A stretch of DNA of 60,877 bases from Octopus sinensis. Taxonomy: Eukaryota. Below the pieces are notes generated by a model, which had not been told where the DNA came from, searched no databases, and saw only the letters and a program-made list of their open reading frames with translations. Positions 43,631-56,992 of this stretch are shown here, one piece after another. Both the position numbers and the translations under genes were made by a program. The first letter of the stretch is position 1. Each line of letters starts with the position of its first letter. The stretch covers positions 1 through 60,877 of the forward strand of contig NW_021832399.1 in assembly GCF_006345805.1 (NCBI RefSeq), in the 5' to 3' direction.

Positions 43631-44125
43631 TCAGTAGTTTTATTTTCATAACGTGCTTTCACTTCACTACCGAGCGCAGCTCTGTGTGCCTTGGGTATGT
43701 GCTGTGATTTGTAGTGATGCTCTGAGGGTTACTGTATTGAAAGTGTTCTGCGTAGGATGTGTGCAGTGCCTAATAGTGCAATTTTCTATATGTTATATGT
43801 GTTTGTAAGTCCTGGTGTTTTTGTTATGTATTTATCTGAAATTTTTTTTATCATGCCTAATGCACCTACTATTGTTTCTGTTTTTAGATTCCACATTCTA
43901 GTTACCTCTATTTCCAGGTCTTTGTATTTTGAAAGTTTCTCCATTTCTTTTAGAGACGCGTTGTCATCTGCTGGTATTGATACATCAATTAGAAAGCATT
44001 TTTTCTTCATAATCTCTGACAACTATATCCGGTAGGTTGGCCTTAATTTCTCTATCTGTGTGTATTGGCATATCCTAGAGTATGGTTGCGTTCTCGTTTT
44101 CTGTGACCTTTTCTGGTGTGTGCCT
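43631..44125 (-). mobile_element. R4/Dong-like LINE family A, 5'-truncated
   Basis: Reverse complement of ~17725-18230 including the 3' UTR; (ATT)n on both sides (43484-43625 and 44125-44180). Confidence 0.93.
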
Positions 44126-44142
44126 TATTATTATTATTATTA

Positions 44143-44178
<36 letters not shown>

Positions 44179-44179
44179 T

Positions 44180-44345
44180 AGGACGGCGACTTGGCAGAAA
44201 TGTGCGGCGGTATTCTGAGTTCAAATTCCGCCGAGGTCGACTTTGCCTCTTATCCTTTCGGGGTTGATAAATTAAGTACCAGTTGACTGTTGGGATCGAT
44301 GTAATCGATAATCCCCTCTCCCCCAAATTTTAGCCCTTATGCCTA
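44180..44345 (+). mobile_element. SINE family 2
   Basis: GGCGACTTGGCAGAA...CTGAGTTCAAATTCCGCCGAGGTCGACTTTGCC. Confidence 0.85.
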
Positions 44346-44349
44346 TGAC

Positions 44350-44406
44350 TTGATTTGATCTAGTTTCAGCTCATGAGCTGTGGCCATGCCAGGGCACCGC
44401 CATTAT
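44350..44406 (-). mobile_element. CR1-type LINE (or partner SINE) 3' tip
   Basis: Minus strand AATGGCGGTGCCCTGGCATGGCCACAGCTCATGAGCTGAAACTAGATCAAATCAA. Confidence 0.55.
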
Positions 44407-44428
44407 TTTTATGCCTATTGTAGAAAGG

Positions 44429-44495
<67 letters not shown>

Positions 44496-46268
44496 TGTGT
44501 GTGTGTGTGTGTGTTGTGTGTGTGTGTGTGTGTGTATGTGTGTGCGTGTGCGCGTGTGCGTGTGTGTGTATGTGTGTGCGTGCGCACACGCGTATGTATA
44601 CGTTGGACTCCATCGTCGTAGATAAAAGAGGAGGGTTCTGCAATTTCTTTTTTGCCCCCTCTTCCTCTCTCTACCTCTTTCTCAGAGTTCAATTATATAA
44701 TTACTGATCATCTATTGAGGGTCATTACGATCATTTCGACATCTCTGCTGTCCACCAATAATACTCAGCAAGTCGACTTACTGTTTGATCGGAGAATGAA
44801 TATTTGAATTCCTTGATCCATGCCTCATAACTAGAGATATGACCTTAGAAAATAATTTAACTTTTCATTATACAGTAGCCCATGACACAGAGTAAGTTGG
44901 GAAAATTAGTATATTTATTCAATTTTTTTTTTAATTATCTCAGTCTCTTGTTTTTTGATCAGAGGAGGGCAGATTTGATGTGTGGAACACCGTACATTTG
45001 AACAGACAATGCCGATATTTGATCACTATAAACAAATTATCTGTGTTATTCAGCAAGAAACTGCGAAACCATCATCTGTGGTTTGCGATGGGAGAGTCCA
45101 CTCTACTGCATCATCACCTACATACTTGCAGACTTGTGCCAATATGAAAAATCTTTATTATCACTTACAATATATTGGTCTCTTTTGAATTGACAGTGAA
45201 AGAATTGTTTAAATGGAAGCAGTATAATCAGTTGAATTGACCCAATACATTACAGAAGAAGGTTACAGATCATATATCGGAAAATATTTAAGCGAGCGAC
45301 ATTCCGTTTCTTAGAACTCTTCCACCCAACTGTCATATCAACAGACTATCGGCTCTAACATAATATTACATTAATCTATAATCAATCAATTGTAATACAT
45401 TCTGCTCCCCATCCCTACTTACAATAATGGATTAATGCTTAATAAAAACATTTGACCAATACAAATTGTATTTTTTATATGTACTTCAAACAGATTATTT
45501 ATTGAACAAATAGTTTCATTGACTTTTTAGATATTTTCGTTGCTTCCTAGATCTGCTTACTCGAGTTTCTATAGAATACAAGATGAAAGACAGTTAATCT
45601 AAGAGTTCAGTACATTGAAGCATATTTCTTTGTTGGGAAAATCATTGCAGAATGCTGGCTCGATGGTTGTTCATTTCTATTGTAAGGGGGAGAATCATCT
45701 TGTAAGAAGTTAATATCATTTATTTTTTAAAAAATAGTTTGTCAAGCAAATCTGAGTTTAGCGAAGGAAATTTTGAGTTTATGATATAATGTTTATGTAT
45801 TTAATTAAATGTTTTTCTTCGATTCAGCTATAAAATCTTCAATGTTCATGTCGTTAAGCGTAAATAGCTGCCATTTCAATATGGTTGAATCTCATCAGTA
45901 CCATGTAGCTAAGACTATTAGTTAGTTACTATAAGAGAGCGAGAAAGACGAAAATATAATGACAAGGAGAAAAGTAAGAAAAGACATATGAAGGTATTTC
46001 ACTGGGAGGAGATTTTTTTGTTCGTTGTTTAAATTTTCATTCCGAGTTTGATGGATAAAAAGCTGATATATCGCAATTATCATAAACACAGTTACATCAG
46101 GTGAGAGTTGAACATGTACTCTGAAGAAATTCAACTTATGAATCAAATATTCTGATTACTCACTGTGCTCAAGCAACTTCTCTAACTTTAGTCACGTATT
46201 TTTTGCCTCTACTGCATGTATTTGGGAGAAATACTAAAAAATGCTAATCAAAAGCATGAGACGTTGTT

Positions 46269-46640
46269 CCATCCATCCATCCATCCATCCATCCATCCAT
46301 CATCCATCCATCCATCCATTCATCCATCTTTGCTCACTATTCATGGGATGGTCGTTGGGGTACAGTTCTCAGGCAGCTCCTCCATACCATCTAATCGAGA
46401 CTATGGATATTATCCAATCATCTCGCTGTTGGTCTACACCTAGGTCTTCTGCCGATTGGCTTGGTTTGAAGAATCCGTCTTGCGATTCTTTCCGGTGATG
46501 TTCTAATCCCATGTATGTAGTACCGGAGCTGTGTCCTCGCAATGTGGAAAGTAGCATCTCGACATGGATAGACTCCCTGATCTCCGAGTTACACACCCTG
46601 CTGAGTAATGTTACTCTTGCGATATCTGTCCCTGATTCAT
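46269..46640 (-). mobile_element. RTE-clade LINE 3' end with (GATG)n tail
   Basis: Minus strand PERIARRILQTKPIGRRPR..RP...LDNIHSL; the (CCAT)n tract at 46269-46327 is the tail. Confidence 0.72.
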
Positions 46641-46656
46641 GAATTCTGAGTTCAAA

Positions 46657-46698
<42 letters not shown>

Positions 46699-46964
46699 GA
46701 GAATACTTGATTCAAATATGAAACAAGCCTGAATCCTAGAAATTTTGTGCAAATAGGTGTATTTTTTTTACAGATATAATGTCGTAGCAAAGAAACTCTG
46801 CTTTCACTAATTGAATTAGCTGATTTGAAACAGAATATACTGTATTAGCGAAAGCGGTTTTTTTGCTTAAAGATTGAAACTTTAAATCATAACTGTGTGT
46901 GTATGTGTATATATGTATGTATATGCGTGTGTGTGTATGTGTGTGTGTATACCTATGTGTATAT

Positions 46965-47350
46965 GTCTTTGTGTGTTTGTACCCTCCCCTCGCTTGACTG
47001 CCAGTGTTGGCTTATTTACGTTCGTGTAATTTACTTCAGCAAAAAGAGACCGACAAAATAAGTAACACGCTTTACAAAAATAAGTATCAGAGTCGACTTA
47101 TTCAGTTAAAACTTTTCAAGTCGGTGCTCCAGCATGACCGCAGTCCATTGATTGAAACCGATTTCTTAAAGTATGTTACCTGAACGACGATACACAGTTT
47201 TCCGTGCAGTTCCCGTCTACCAAATCTCACTCACGAGACTTATGTTGGCCGCTAGTTATGGTTAAAATACTTTCCCAAGATGTAGCGCTGTAGGATAGAA
47301 CTCAGAATATACGATTATGAAGGGAACTTCTTAAACACCCGGCCATATCT
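46965..47350. mobile_element. SINE family 1 pieces (3' half on +, 5' half on -)
   Basis: GGTGCTCCAGCATGACCGCAG tail at ~47120-47160; inverted head at ~47195-47350. Confidence 0.65.
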
Positions 47351-47359
47351 ACAGAATAG

Positions 47360-47612
47360 TCCACATTACTCCATAAGGAACACGGGGCTGGTTTCTTGGT
47401 TTCTCTGGCGTATATATATTCCTCCCATGACGTCCGTCGCAGAATTACTGATCTTTACCAGCTGAGTGGACTGGAGCAACGTGAAATGAAGTGTTTTGAT
47501 CAAGAAGAAAATGCACTGCCCGGTCAAGGAATCAAAACCACAATCTTACGATTATGAGCCCAACACCCTAATCACAAAGCCACGCGGCTCCACTGAATAT
47601 ATATTAGGGGTG
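47360..47612 (-). mobile_element. SINE family 3
   Basis: CCAGCTGAGTGGACTGGAGCAACGTGAAATGAAGTG, shared with 41402-41690; tRNA-like head at the right end. A further head fragment lies at ~47805-47890. Confidence 0.75.
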
Positions 47613-48090
47613 TGTATGAGCATAAAATAATTCGAACGAAAGCTGGAACTAGATTGCTGTCTCAGCTCATCATCTTTTAAAATGTGAAATATGACGTTCA
47701 TTAACTATTTACACAAAATGGAAAGATATAGTTTATATCAGGGATTCAAAACGCGTCATAAACTCTGCTTCTCTGAAACTTAACTCTTTGATTATGGATC
47801 AAGAACAAAACGCATTGCCCCTCCAGAAAACGAAATCACGTTCTTACGACCATAAATCCAACACCCTAACCACTATGCCATGCGTCTCTATGTCTACTGG
47901 GACTACATTATTCCATGTGCCCTTCTTTTTGTTTTTTTTAAAAAGTGGGTATGATTTTAGCAAGATATACGAGTTTATAATTATGCCTACACAGCTGATT
48001 ACAAATTATTATATCAATAATTCTATATTTATATACGGCTTAATGTGTGCATGAATTGACACACACATTATATATATTCATGTATGTATG

Positions 48091-48128
<38 letters not shown>

Positions 48129-48281
48129 AATGCGTGCGAACAATTATATATATATGTATGCGTAGACTAATAGTTTAATACATATATATTGTAATATGTG
48201 CTTGAAGTGATACACATATACATATGCAAACATACATTTAACGTATACATACATACACACTCACACACACACACACACACA

Positions 48282-48341
<60 letters not shown>

Positions 48342-48342
48342 T

Positions 48343-48451
<109 letters not shown>

Positions 48452-48942
48452 TATTTACTATATTTGTGCATACAACCATACAGAAATGCACTCACATAAA
48501 GAAATATTCCTATACGCCTGCGTGCTTCTATTCATCTAATACTCCGTATATATAAAAATTGATATTAAATTCTATGTTACATTTGTAATACATAAACTTT
48601 TCATAAAATATATATTCGCATCATATCAATCTATTTATTAATAACGGTCGATTTAACATATCTTGTTTCTGATGTTAATTTAATATATTTTATATAGAAA
48701 TTTTAACAACATAGAGTCATATGTTTTTAATGTTCCTCTCTGTTTCTAAAATTAAGTTGTTTGATTATTTTTTTTTTAGACAAAACTTACTTATTGAAAA
48801 ACATTTTATTAAAACACATATCTATGTATATATTTATGAATATGCATTGCACTTTTTTCATCACACAACGTAAGCTTTTTTTAAAGAGAAAAAGCACACA
48901 CAGGCGAGCACACGCACATATGTAATATCTATCCATCCACCC

Positions 48943-49058
<116 letters not shown>

Positions 49059-49077
49059 GTATACTTGTATATGCATG

Positions 49078-49111
<34 letters not shown>

Positions 49112-49419
49112 TGTATGTATGTATGTATGTATGTATGTATGTATATTCGTGCAAGCAAGAATAGAATTTATTATTACATTTGTTTGGTCAAGTTTCAAAT
49201 TATTGAACAATTATCGATGTGAGTAAAAAAACATGATTATACTCACTGCTGTTTGTTTTTGCTATAAAAAATTCACTAATACCAATATTGGTATTACTTC
49301 AGCTGTTTTATTAAATTAAGTTCGATATACGTGTGTGTCAATATTTATATAATAAAAGATCACACACACGAGTATTTTTATAATATATATATGATTATAT
49401 GTCCCCCACCGTACATATT

Positions 49420-49461
<42 letters not shown>

Positions 49462-49480
49462 ATATAATATATATATATAG

Positions 49481-49770
49481 ATCAAAACAGTTTGATTCAG
49501 ACTCCTTGGTACTCTGAGTTTCAAGTGTGTGGCTAGTCTTTGGCCATTTGGGTATGAATAAGAGTTCGATTGAAGAGAGTCAATCTTTACTAATGGACGT
49601 TAGCATGCGATTGGTCGAGAAAGGTTACGCGGTATAGCGGTTTGATATTCGTATTTCAGCAACAGCAATTAGTTGGAAAATACCGCAGGGTGAACAGAAA
49701 ATCGACTGCGTGGTGGACAAAACATCGGTCGTGTGGTTGGGGAAGAAGGAATGGGTGGGTAGATATGGGG

Positions 49771-49801
<31 letters not shown>

Positions 49802-50658
49802 TGTATGTATGTATGTATGTATGTATGTAGTATGTACATGTATATGTCCATATTTCTGCGTGCATGCATCCGTACTCATACGAGTGCGTAAATGTGGTAA
49901 GATGTACATTCAAACATCTGTATGCGCGCGCACTCACACACGCACACACACACACGCATGCACACATATACACACACACGCACACACATGCAAAAAGACA
50001 CGGACACACACACGCGTGCACACCTTTATCTCCATGTACATATTCACACCAGCACAGTACAGGAAATCTCCAATCCCCAACACTTCTCCATGTATCCTTG
50101 TGCATGACCAAACATGAATTTGCGCGCGCATGTATGTGACCGTATGTATGCGCACAGATGTGTGTGCGCGGCTGTGCATGTGCTCGCGTGCATATTCACA
50201 TGAAAATAAAGGTGTGCACGAGTGTGTGTTTATTTGTGCGCGCGCGTGTATGCGTGGGTACCTATGTGTGTGTGTTTCTGCGTATGTGCACGCACGTGGA
50301 TGTGTGAATGTACATCTAAGCACACACTCGTATAAGTATGGATGCATACACTGATATATGGGCATATACATGTAAATATATACACATATATCCCCACGTC
50401 TACCGCACCTTCCTACTTCCCCCAATAAAATGACCGATTTCTCGTCCACTACTGCGGTATTTTTCAATTAATTTTTGTCGCTGAAATACCAACGTCAAAC
50501 CAGTATACGCGTGACATTTCTCGACCGATCGTAGGCTAACGTCCAGTAGTAAACATTGATTCTCTTCAATCGAACTCTCATTCAGACCCCAATGGGCGAA
50601 GACTAGCGACACGCTTGAAACTCAGAGTACCAAGGAGTCTGAATCAAACTGTTTTGAT
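49481..50658. mobile_element. foldback/long-TIR element (unclassified), 1178 bp
   Basis: The first 45 bp are the exact reverse complement of the last 45 bp. Inverted similarity continues to ~50056/~50179, leaving a ~120-bp spacer. TA-rich flanks. Confidence 0.85.
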
Positions 50659-50709
50659 ATATACATCAGGGTTGCCACGAAACAGAAAAAAACATAGCGA
50701 AAATAGAAT

Positions 50710-51560
50710 GCATCAGTGACATCATTGACGTCATCCGATACAACAGCATTAAAATTATCGCTGATGACTCATAGATTCTGAAGTTCGTTGACAGAGGAGG
50801 AGACGAGATCTGCTTTCTTTTAGCCAATGGGTGCAAAAATATAATATGCAGCTAAACGAGAATAAATTCGGATTAATTCACTTCGGTAAAGAGGTTGCAC
50901 TTAAGCTCTCATAAACTTTTCCCTCGGGCGAAAACCTCGTGACATCAACACTGCTCAGATCTCGGAGTAATTGTCGACAACACCTTAAAATGGAAGTGGC
51001 TGAGGTGGCCCACAGGGCTTACTCCTGGATTCTCGGGATTTTCCGGTCTAGAGAGGCGCTTATCATTATCCTTCTCTTCTTTACCTTCGCCCATCCTCAC
51101 CTCGAATACTGTTGTTCACTGTGTTCTCCCTACACCAAACAAAATATGAAAATGGAAGCATCCCAGAGATCAATCACAAAAGAAAAGAAAATAGACGATA
51201 TAGCAATTCTTGATTACTGGGATCGGCTCGAGAAGCTCAAACTTTATTCCTTCCAATGCTGCCGTCAGCGCCATATCATTTGTATAAAGTGGAAAATATT
51301 CCATCAGCGTTGCTCAAATGATGTTGGCATTAACTTTGAAGTTAAGTTTGGTTCCTATGTCATACATCCTCTTTAAACTCATGTTCGCGCCACATCACAA
51401 TACTCTGACAGAACTATTACGTCTCAACTGGCCCTGCTCACTTTAACACCATGCCAAAACACGTAAGAGAAGAAAAAGATCTCATAAAATTCAAACGGTT
51501 CCTGGATGAATACCTCCAACAAATTCCAGTTAAATCACCTACATCTGGATATATATCTCT
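50710..51560 (+). mobile_element. CR1/L2-type LINE 3' fragment
   Basis: IADDS (RT motif), QLNENKF, DLGVIVD, HPHLEYCCSLCSP, YWDRLEKLKLYS, GPALFNTMPK, FKRFLDEYLQQIP. Confidence 0.85.
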
Positions 51561-51699
51561 GCAATTTTCCCTCGTGACATCAAACACTGTTACGGATCTC
51601 GGAGTAATTGTCGACAACACTTTAAAATGGAAGTGGATGAGGTGGTCCACTCCTGGATTCTCGGGACTTTCCGGTCTAGAGAGGTGGTGCAATTAAGTT

Positions 51700-52344
51700 A
51701 GTCATGGTCTGGGATACTACTGGCCGAAAGTTATCTAAATATCAAAGAGAGCTGAGGAATGGATGGCGTCTACCCCATAAACCTGAAGCTAGGTTTCAAA
51801 GAATGCATTAAAGCATCCTTGAAGAAAGCTAACGGAAAAGGACTGGGATGAAACTGCAACTGACTAGACAAGATAGAGAAAAGCAATATATGATGAACTG
51901 AGAGTTTCGAAATAGCACAAAGAAATCACGAGAAGTTGAAGAGAAATGCTAGAAAGAGTGCGGGCGTGATACTTTTAGGAAATGTGGATAACCAAGGAGA
52001 GCTGACACGCGGATGAATGAAGGAGAGTCTGCTTCAACAGAGTGGGACTGAAAAGTCAGAAGCGAACTCATGTACAGCGTGTTGACTTGGATTGTGCCAT
52101 ACACACCATAACATCATGCCATGAACGTAGCAAGATTTGCGTTGCATCTGAGGATTGAAACGGCACATGAAAGTGCATGATGATCAAGTAGCTCCCGTTG
52201 TCGGAGCCAATCGTGTATTTAACATCTGTGCCAAAGAGTGGAGGTTATTTGCCAGCCTGCAAAGTCACACCCGTGCAGTTCACACATGAGACCGATTCTG
52301 AAATGCCTCGAGCGATGGCTATACACGGGAACGAAGATGTCATC
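51700..52344 (+). mobile_element. RTE-clade LINE 3' fragment with C2H2-like fingers
   Basis: GFKECIKASLKK, WDETATD, then finger remnants [52 protein letters not shown]; (CA)n follows. Confidence 0.72.
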
Positions 52345-52389
52345 TCACACACACACACACCACACGCACACACACGCACACACACACAT

Positions 52390-52424
<35 letters not shown>

Positions 52425-52448
52425 CACATGCACATATATATGTACATG

Positions 52449-52529
<81 letters not shown>

Positions 52530-52952
52530 TTGTATATATATATACATAGATGTACATACTATACATATATATGATATAGATATATATATATAGATAGAGA
52601 GAGAGGGGGGGAGAGAGAGACTTTCTCTCAGTTTTCGTCTATGAACATAGTTTTAGATTATCTATGAAAGAGTTAGTCTCTGGGCTATATCTTAAAGTAC
52701 AATAATCAATACTCAATCAATAAACTCCATATCGATATTAACTGGGATCATTATCAACTGCTGCATAGAACACTGCAATACAGAATATGGCCATTTAATG
52801 TGGTAAGGTGTCTGAGCTTGTAGTTTCGGTGATGATTGCTATGCCTATAGGATAGTTATGATGCGAAGGTGGATGGGTGTATATGGAACTGTGTGTACTT
52901 CTGTAGGCTTTGTGTGCAAATATTCTAAAAGGCATCTGATATCTTTTTTTAA

Positions 52953-53372
52953 TCTTTTCTTGTTTCAATCATTGAACTGAGGCCATGCTGGGGCGCCACC
53001 TAGAAGGGTCTCAGTTGAACAAATCGACTCTAGTACTTATAAATTTTTAAAGTTTGGTACTTATTTGAATTCTATCGGAGTATTTTCCCGAACCGCTAAG
53101 TTAGGGGGACGTAAACAAACCAACATCGCTTGTCAAGTGGAGGAGCTGGGATAACAAACACAGACATGTATATATATATAAATATATACACAAACGACGG
53201 GCTTCCACATAGTTTCCGTCTATCAATTTCACTCACAAAACATTGGTCGTCCTGTGTTGATAGTAGACGGCATTTGCTCAAGGTGCCGCGCAGACATGGC
53301 TCTTTGATTAAGGAAATCGCTTTGTAACTACTCGGCTGCAAAGCGATTTCTTAACTATCGAGGCATGCCTGC
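52953..53372 (-). mobile_element. SINE family 1, diverged
   Basis: GGCCATGCTGGGGCGCCACC, CCGAACCGCTAAGTTA, CAACATCGCTTGTCAAG, CTCAAGGTGCCGCGCAG. Confidence 0.8.
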
Positions 53373-55019
53373 ATATGTAAATAATACACATTTGTGTATA
53401 TAAACAGATGTATAACTATTAATTCATGCATACACCTATTAAAATATATAGACGCATATATTTGTATTCATACAAGTAAGCACATAAGAGCAAAATAAAT
53501 TGGGAAAAATAGTTCTCGAATAACAAAAAAAAAAGTGTATAAGACTGTTTTATTATGGTAAAAAAAAAGAGAAAAAACAAAAAACAAAAAAACAAAAAAA
53601 ACAAAAAAGAACTTCGCAAACTGCTACTTAGAGTTTCGCGATGCTGTTTATCAGACAGCTGTGATAACAACTAATTTGTATTCACATACACTTACATACA
53701 TCCACACTATGTGTGTGTGTGTGTGTATGTATCTATAAGACACACACTGACACACACACATATATATATACGCACACACGTTTCTGTTCTAACATCTCCG
53801 TTAGGATACCGAACTTGCGGGTAATGGAAAAACTCCATTATATAGTGAAATCTTAAGAATAAACCTTTAACATTGCAGCATCGACCTCTTGCTCTAACAA
53901 AAATATGACGAGAAAAGGAATTATTCACTGGTTTTCATGTCCGTTCAATTTCATTTCACTATTAGATCAATACTTGAACACTGGGCCAAACTAATGGTAA
54001 ACTCGCTACACTATTACGTTAACAATTATTTTCTTTCTTCAAAAAGATTTTCACCTAAATCTTAAATATCAGCAAATAATTAAGGATAATATTATTCAAC
54101 TATCTTATTTCACTACCTCAACATTCGACTAATTTTGCCTATTCTAATATCCCTAAGTTTAAGTAACAGAACAAAATCGGTAACTGTCAATTTACCAACT
54201 ACTATAACTGACTTGATACAAACAACTGTCATTTAGAATCTAATCGTTTATCTACAAACAACTAGAAATATATAAAAATATAGTGTATCAATCTTAGAAT
54301 ACTTCTAACTACAAGTCTAAGGTTACCCCGAGTAGGACTTAAAAGTCCATTAAATATTGATTGTATTATATTTACATATACATTCCTTTAGAAACCATTA
54401 AAAAAACAAACAAACTTTTTTGCATATATTTATTAGTTAAAGGAGAATTCTAATATTTTCACCAAGTATTTAGTGAAAAAATACTTTTTTCACTAATTCC
54501 CATAATCATAGTACCGTGTAGGCCTACTAAATTCTTCTTGATAAGATCCCAATACTTAACTAATAACGTACCCTGTGCGTGAGAAACCGCGTGAATTAAA
54601 ACGACGAAGCGCATATTCATTCTTAATACGTTCCGGCAGATTCGAAAAGGTAATATGCTAATCGCTGTTGTATTTCACCTTCGGAGAACTCTTCTTTTCA
54701 GACTATGTGCGTTGCCAACACACTCAATTCATTGACATAAGGGTAGTTTCAGAACATTAGTGTTTCAACCTGGTTGTGTCTCTTCAGTCAAAGACACCCC
54801 TAGATCAATAGCAAGAACGGTAGTACTTGTCTATAGAATTCAGCAAGCAAATATTTTACTGATCGATGCTGATGTATGCCAAATCGATTATAAATTATCA
54901 CGTACACGAGGAACAGCAAGAATCAAAACGATGATGTACATTCATAATACATCTCATTATTCAACTGCCATTCAGAAATAGAAATGCTAATTGTATTTAT
55001 AGAAAATTCCCATGTAGCC

Positions 55020-55097
<78 letters not shown>

Positions 55098-55530
55098 AAT
55101 ACATATCTATACATATACATATGCATAGATATATATATACCTATACATATGTATATGTGTGTATCTGTTGATATATATATATACATCAATGTTTATATTA
55201 TATTCCACACTCTCAGTTCAGCATTTATCTTTTGCATATCCTTTTGATCATTCTTAATATTTGTAAATCGAAGAACATTGTAATTTACATTATTGTTTTT
55301 TTTTAAATTTCTCGATCTTGTTTACTATCATTCGTTTTAACCGTCATACCTTTTCTTTTCATACCTGCTTCATACTAATTCGAAATTCTGAAGAGTTTAT
55401 AAGAAATGATATGCTCATAGTACAAATATTATTTTTAATCTAATGATACATTTAGTCACTCCTATAAGTACATAGGTTCATATGCATGTATATAAATTTG
55501 ATTGAAATACATACATACATACACACACAC

Positions 55531-55620
<90 letters not shown>

Positions 55621-55825
55621 AGAAAAAAAAACAGTAGAAATTTACAGAAAAATACAAGACGAAGACTTGTGTATGAACAACAAGCAGGTGTATTAATTTG
55701 ACGCTCAGGAAAGTGAAAAAGTCTTTTACATTTCGAGCCTACGTTCTTCAACAGAAAGGAATAAGAGAAAATAAACAGAGAACAAAATACTTTTGGAGTT
55801 AGCGGTCAAGCAGGCACACACACAC

Positions 55826-55874
<49 letters not shown>

Positions 55875-56680
55875 CTCTCTCTCTCTCTCACACGCACACA
55901 CATGTATGTATGTGTGTATTATGTTATTTCACATACAGTATTATTTTAGTCAAACGGAGGCTATGTTAGAAGACTGTTGGCAAAGTTGCTGTTCTCAAGG
56001 ATCGAACCCGACATAATGTAGTTGCCAAACAAAATTTTTAACCAGGCATCGATGTCTGTGCTGTTTTTGTAAATTCGCCTCGTTATACACATTTGGTATC
56101 AATATTTTATTTAATGAAAGGTGATAAATGAAAACAATGGTAAATTATGGGCCTAAAGTGGTTTGTGGTAATTACGAATTGCGTCCTATTACATTCGCTG
56201 TTCGAAATCCGTCGATATCAATTTAGCCTCCCCTTCTTCAGAGGTCGATATGATAAATTTTTTGTCGATGTCATAAAACTTTAGTAACCTCGAATGAACG
56301 TGAAATAATTCATTTTACTTTTTTACTGTTGAACTCAAAGTAGAAAGTTTTATTCAATAATAACAGTTTAAGAAACCTTTTAGAGAGAAAAAGTCGAAAG
56401 CTACTTGTGGGCCTCGAACCCACATCTGTGAACATAAAAGTTATTTATAGCTTTTCTACATCAAGTTCAACCATTACAAAAAAAAACAACATAAAACCGA
56501 ATAACTGAATCATTTTATGTTTATGTGTCCATGACAAATATCAATATTTAATTCAGTTAAAACATATATCGATATTAGGTTTTATTACAATTGTATCGTA
56601 TTCTATTTTTTATTCCCTTTCACCACGCACTTCCACCTAATAATAATAGTGAAGCGCCGGAGAAATAAACCATGATGGTG

Positions 56681-56725
<45 letters not shown>

Positions 56726-56945
56726 TAATAATAATAATAATAATAATAATGATGATGATGATGATGATGATGATGATAATGATGATGGTGGTGATGATGA
56801 TGATGATGATGAGGAGGAGGAGGATGGTAATCACATTCTTCCCTAACAAAATATGCAACCATTTCCCTACACTACATTATTTACACCTAATCATCATTTC
56901 TGATCTTCTTGATCTGTTCTTCATCATAACCATCATAGTCATCCT

Positions 56946-56991
<46 letters not shown>

Positions 56992-56992
56992 T

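Noticed and set aside
50667-50678. hAT-like TIR CAGGGTTGCCAC
   Set aside because: No matching inverted copy or transposase was found in the window.
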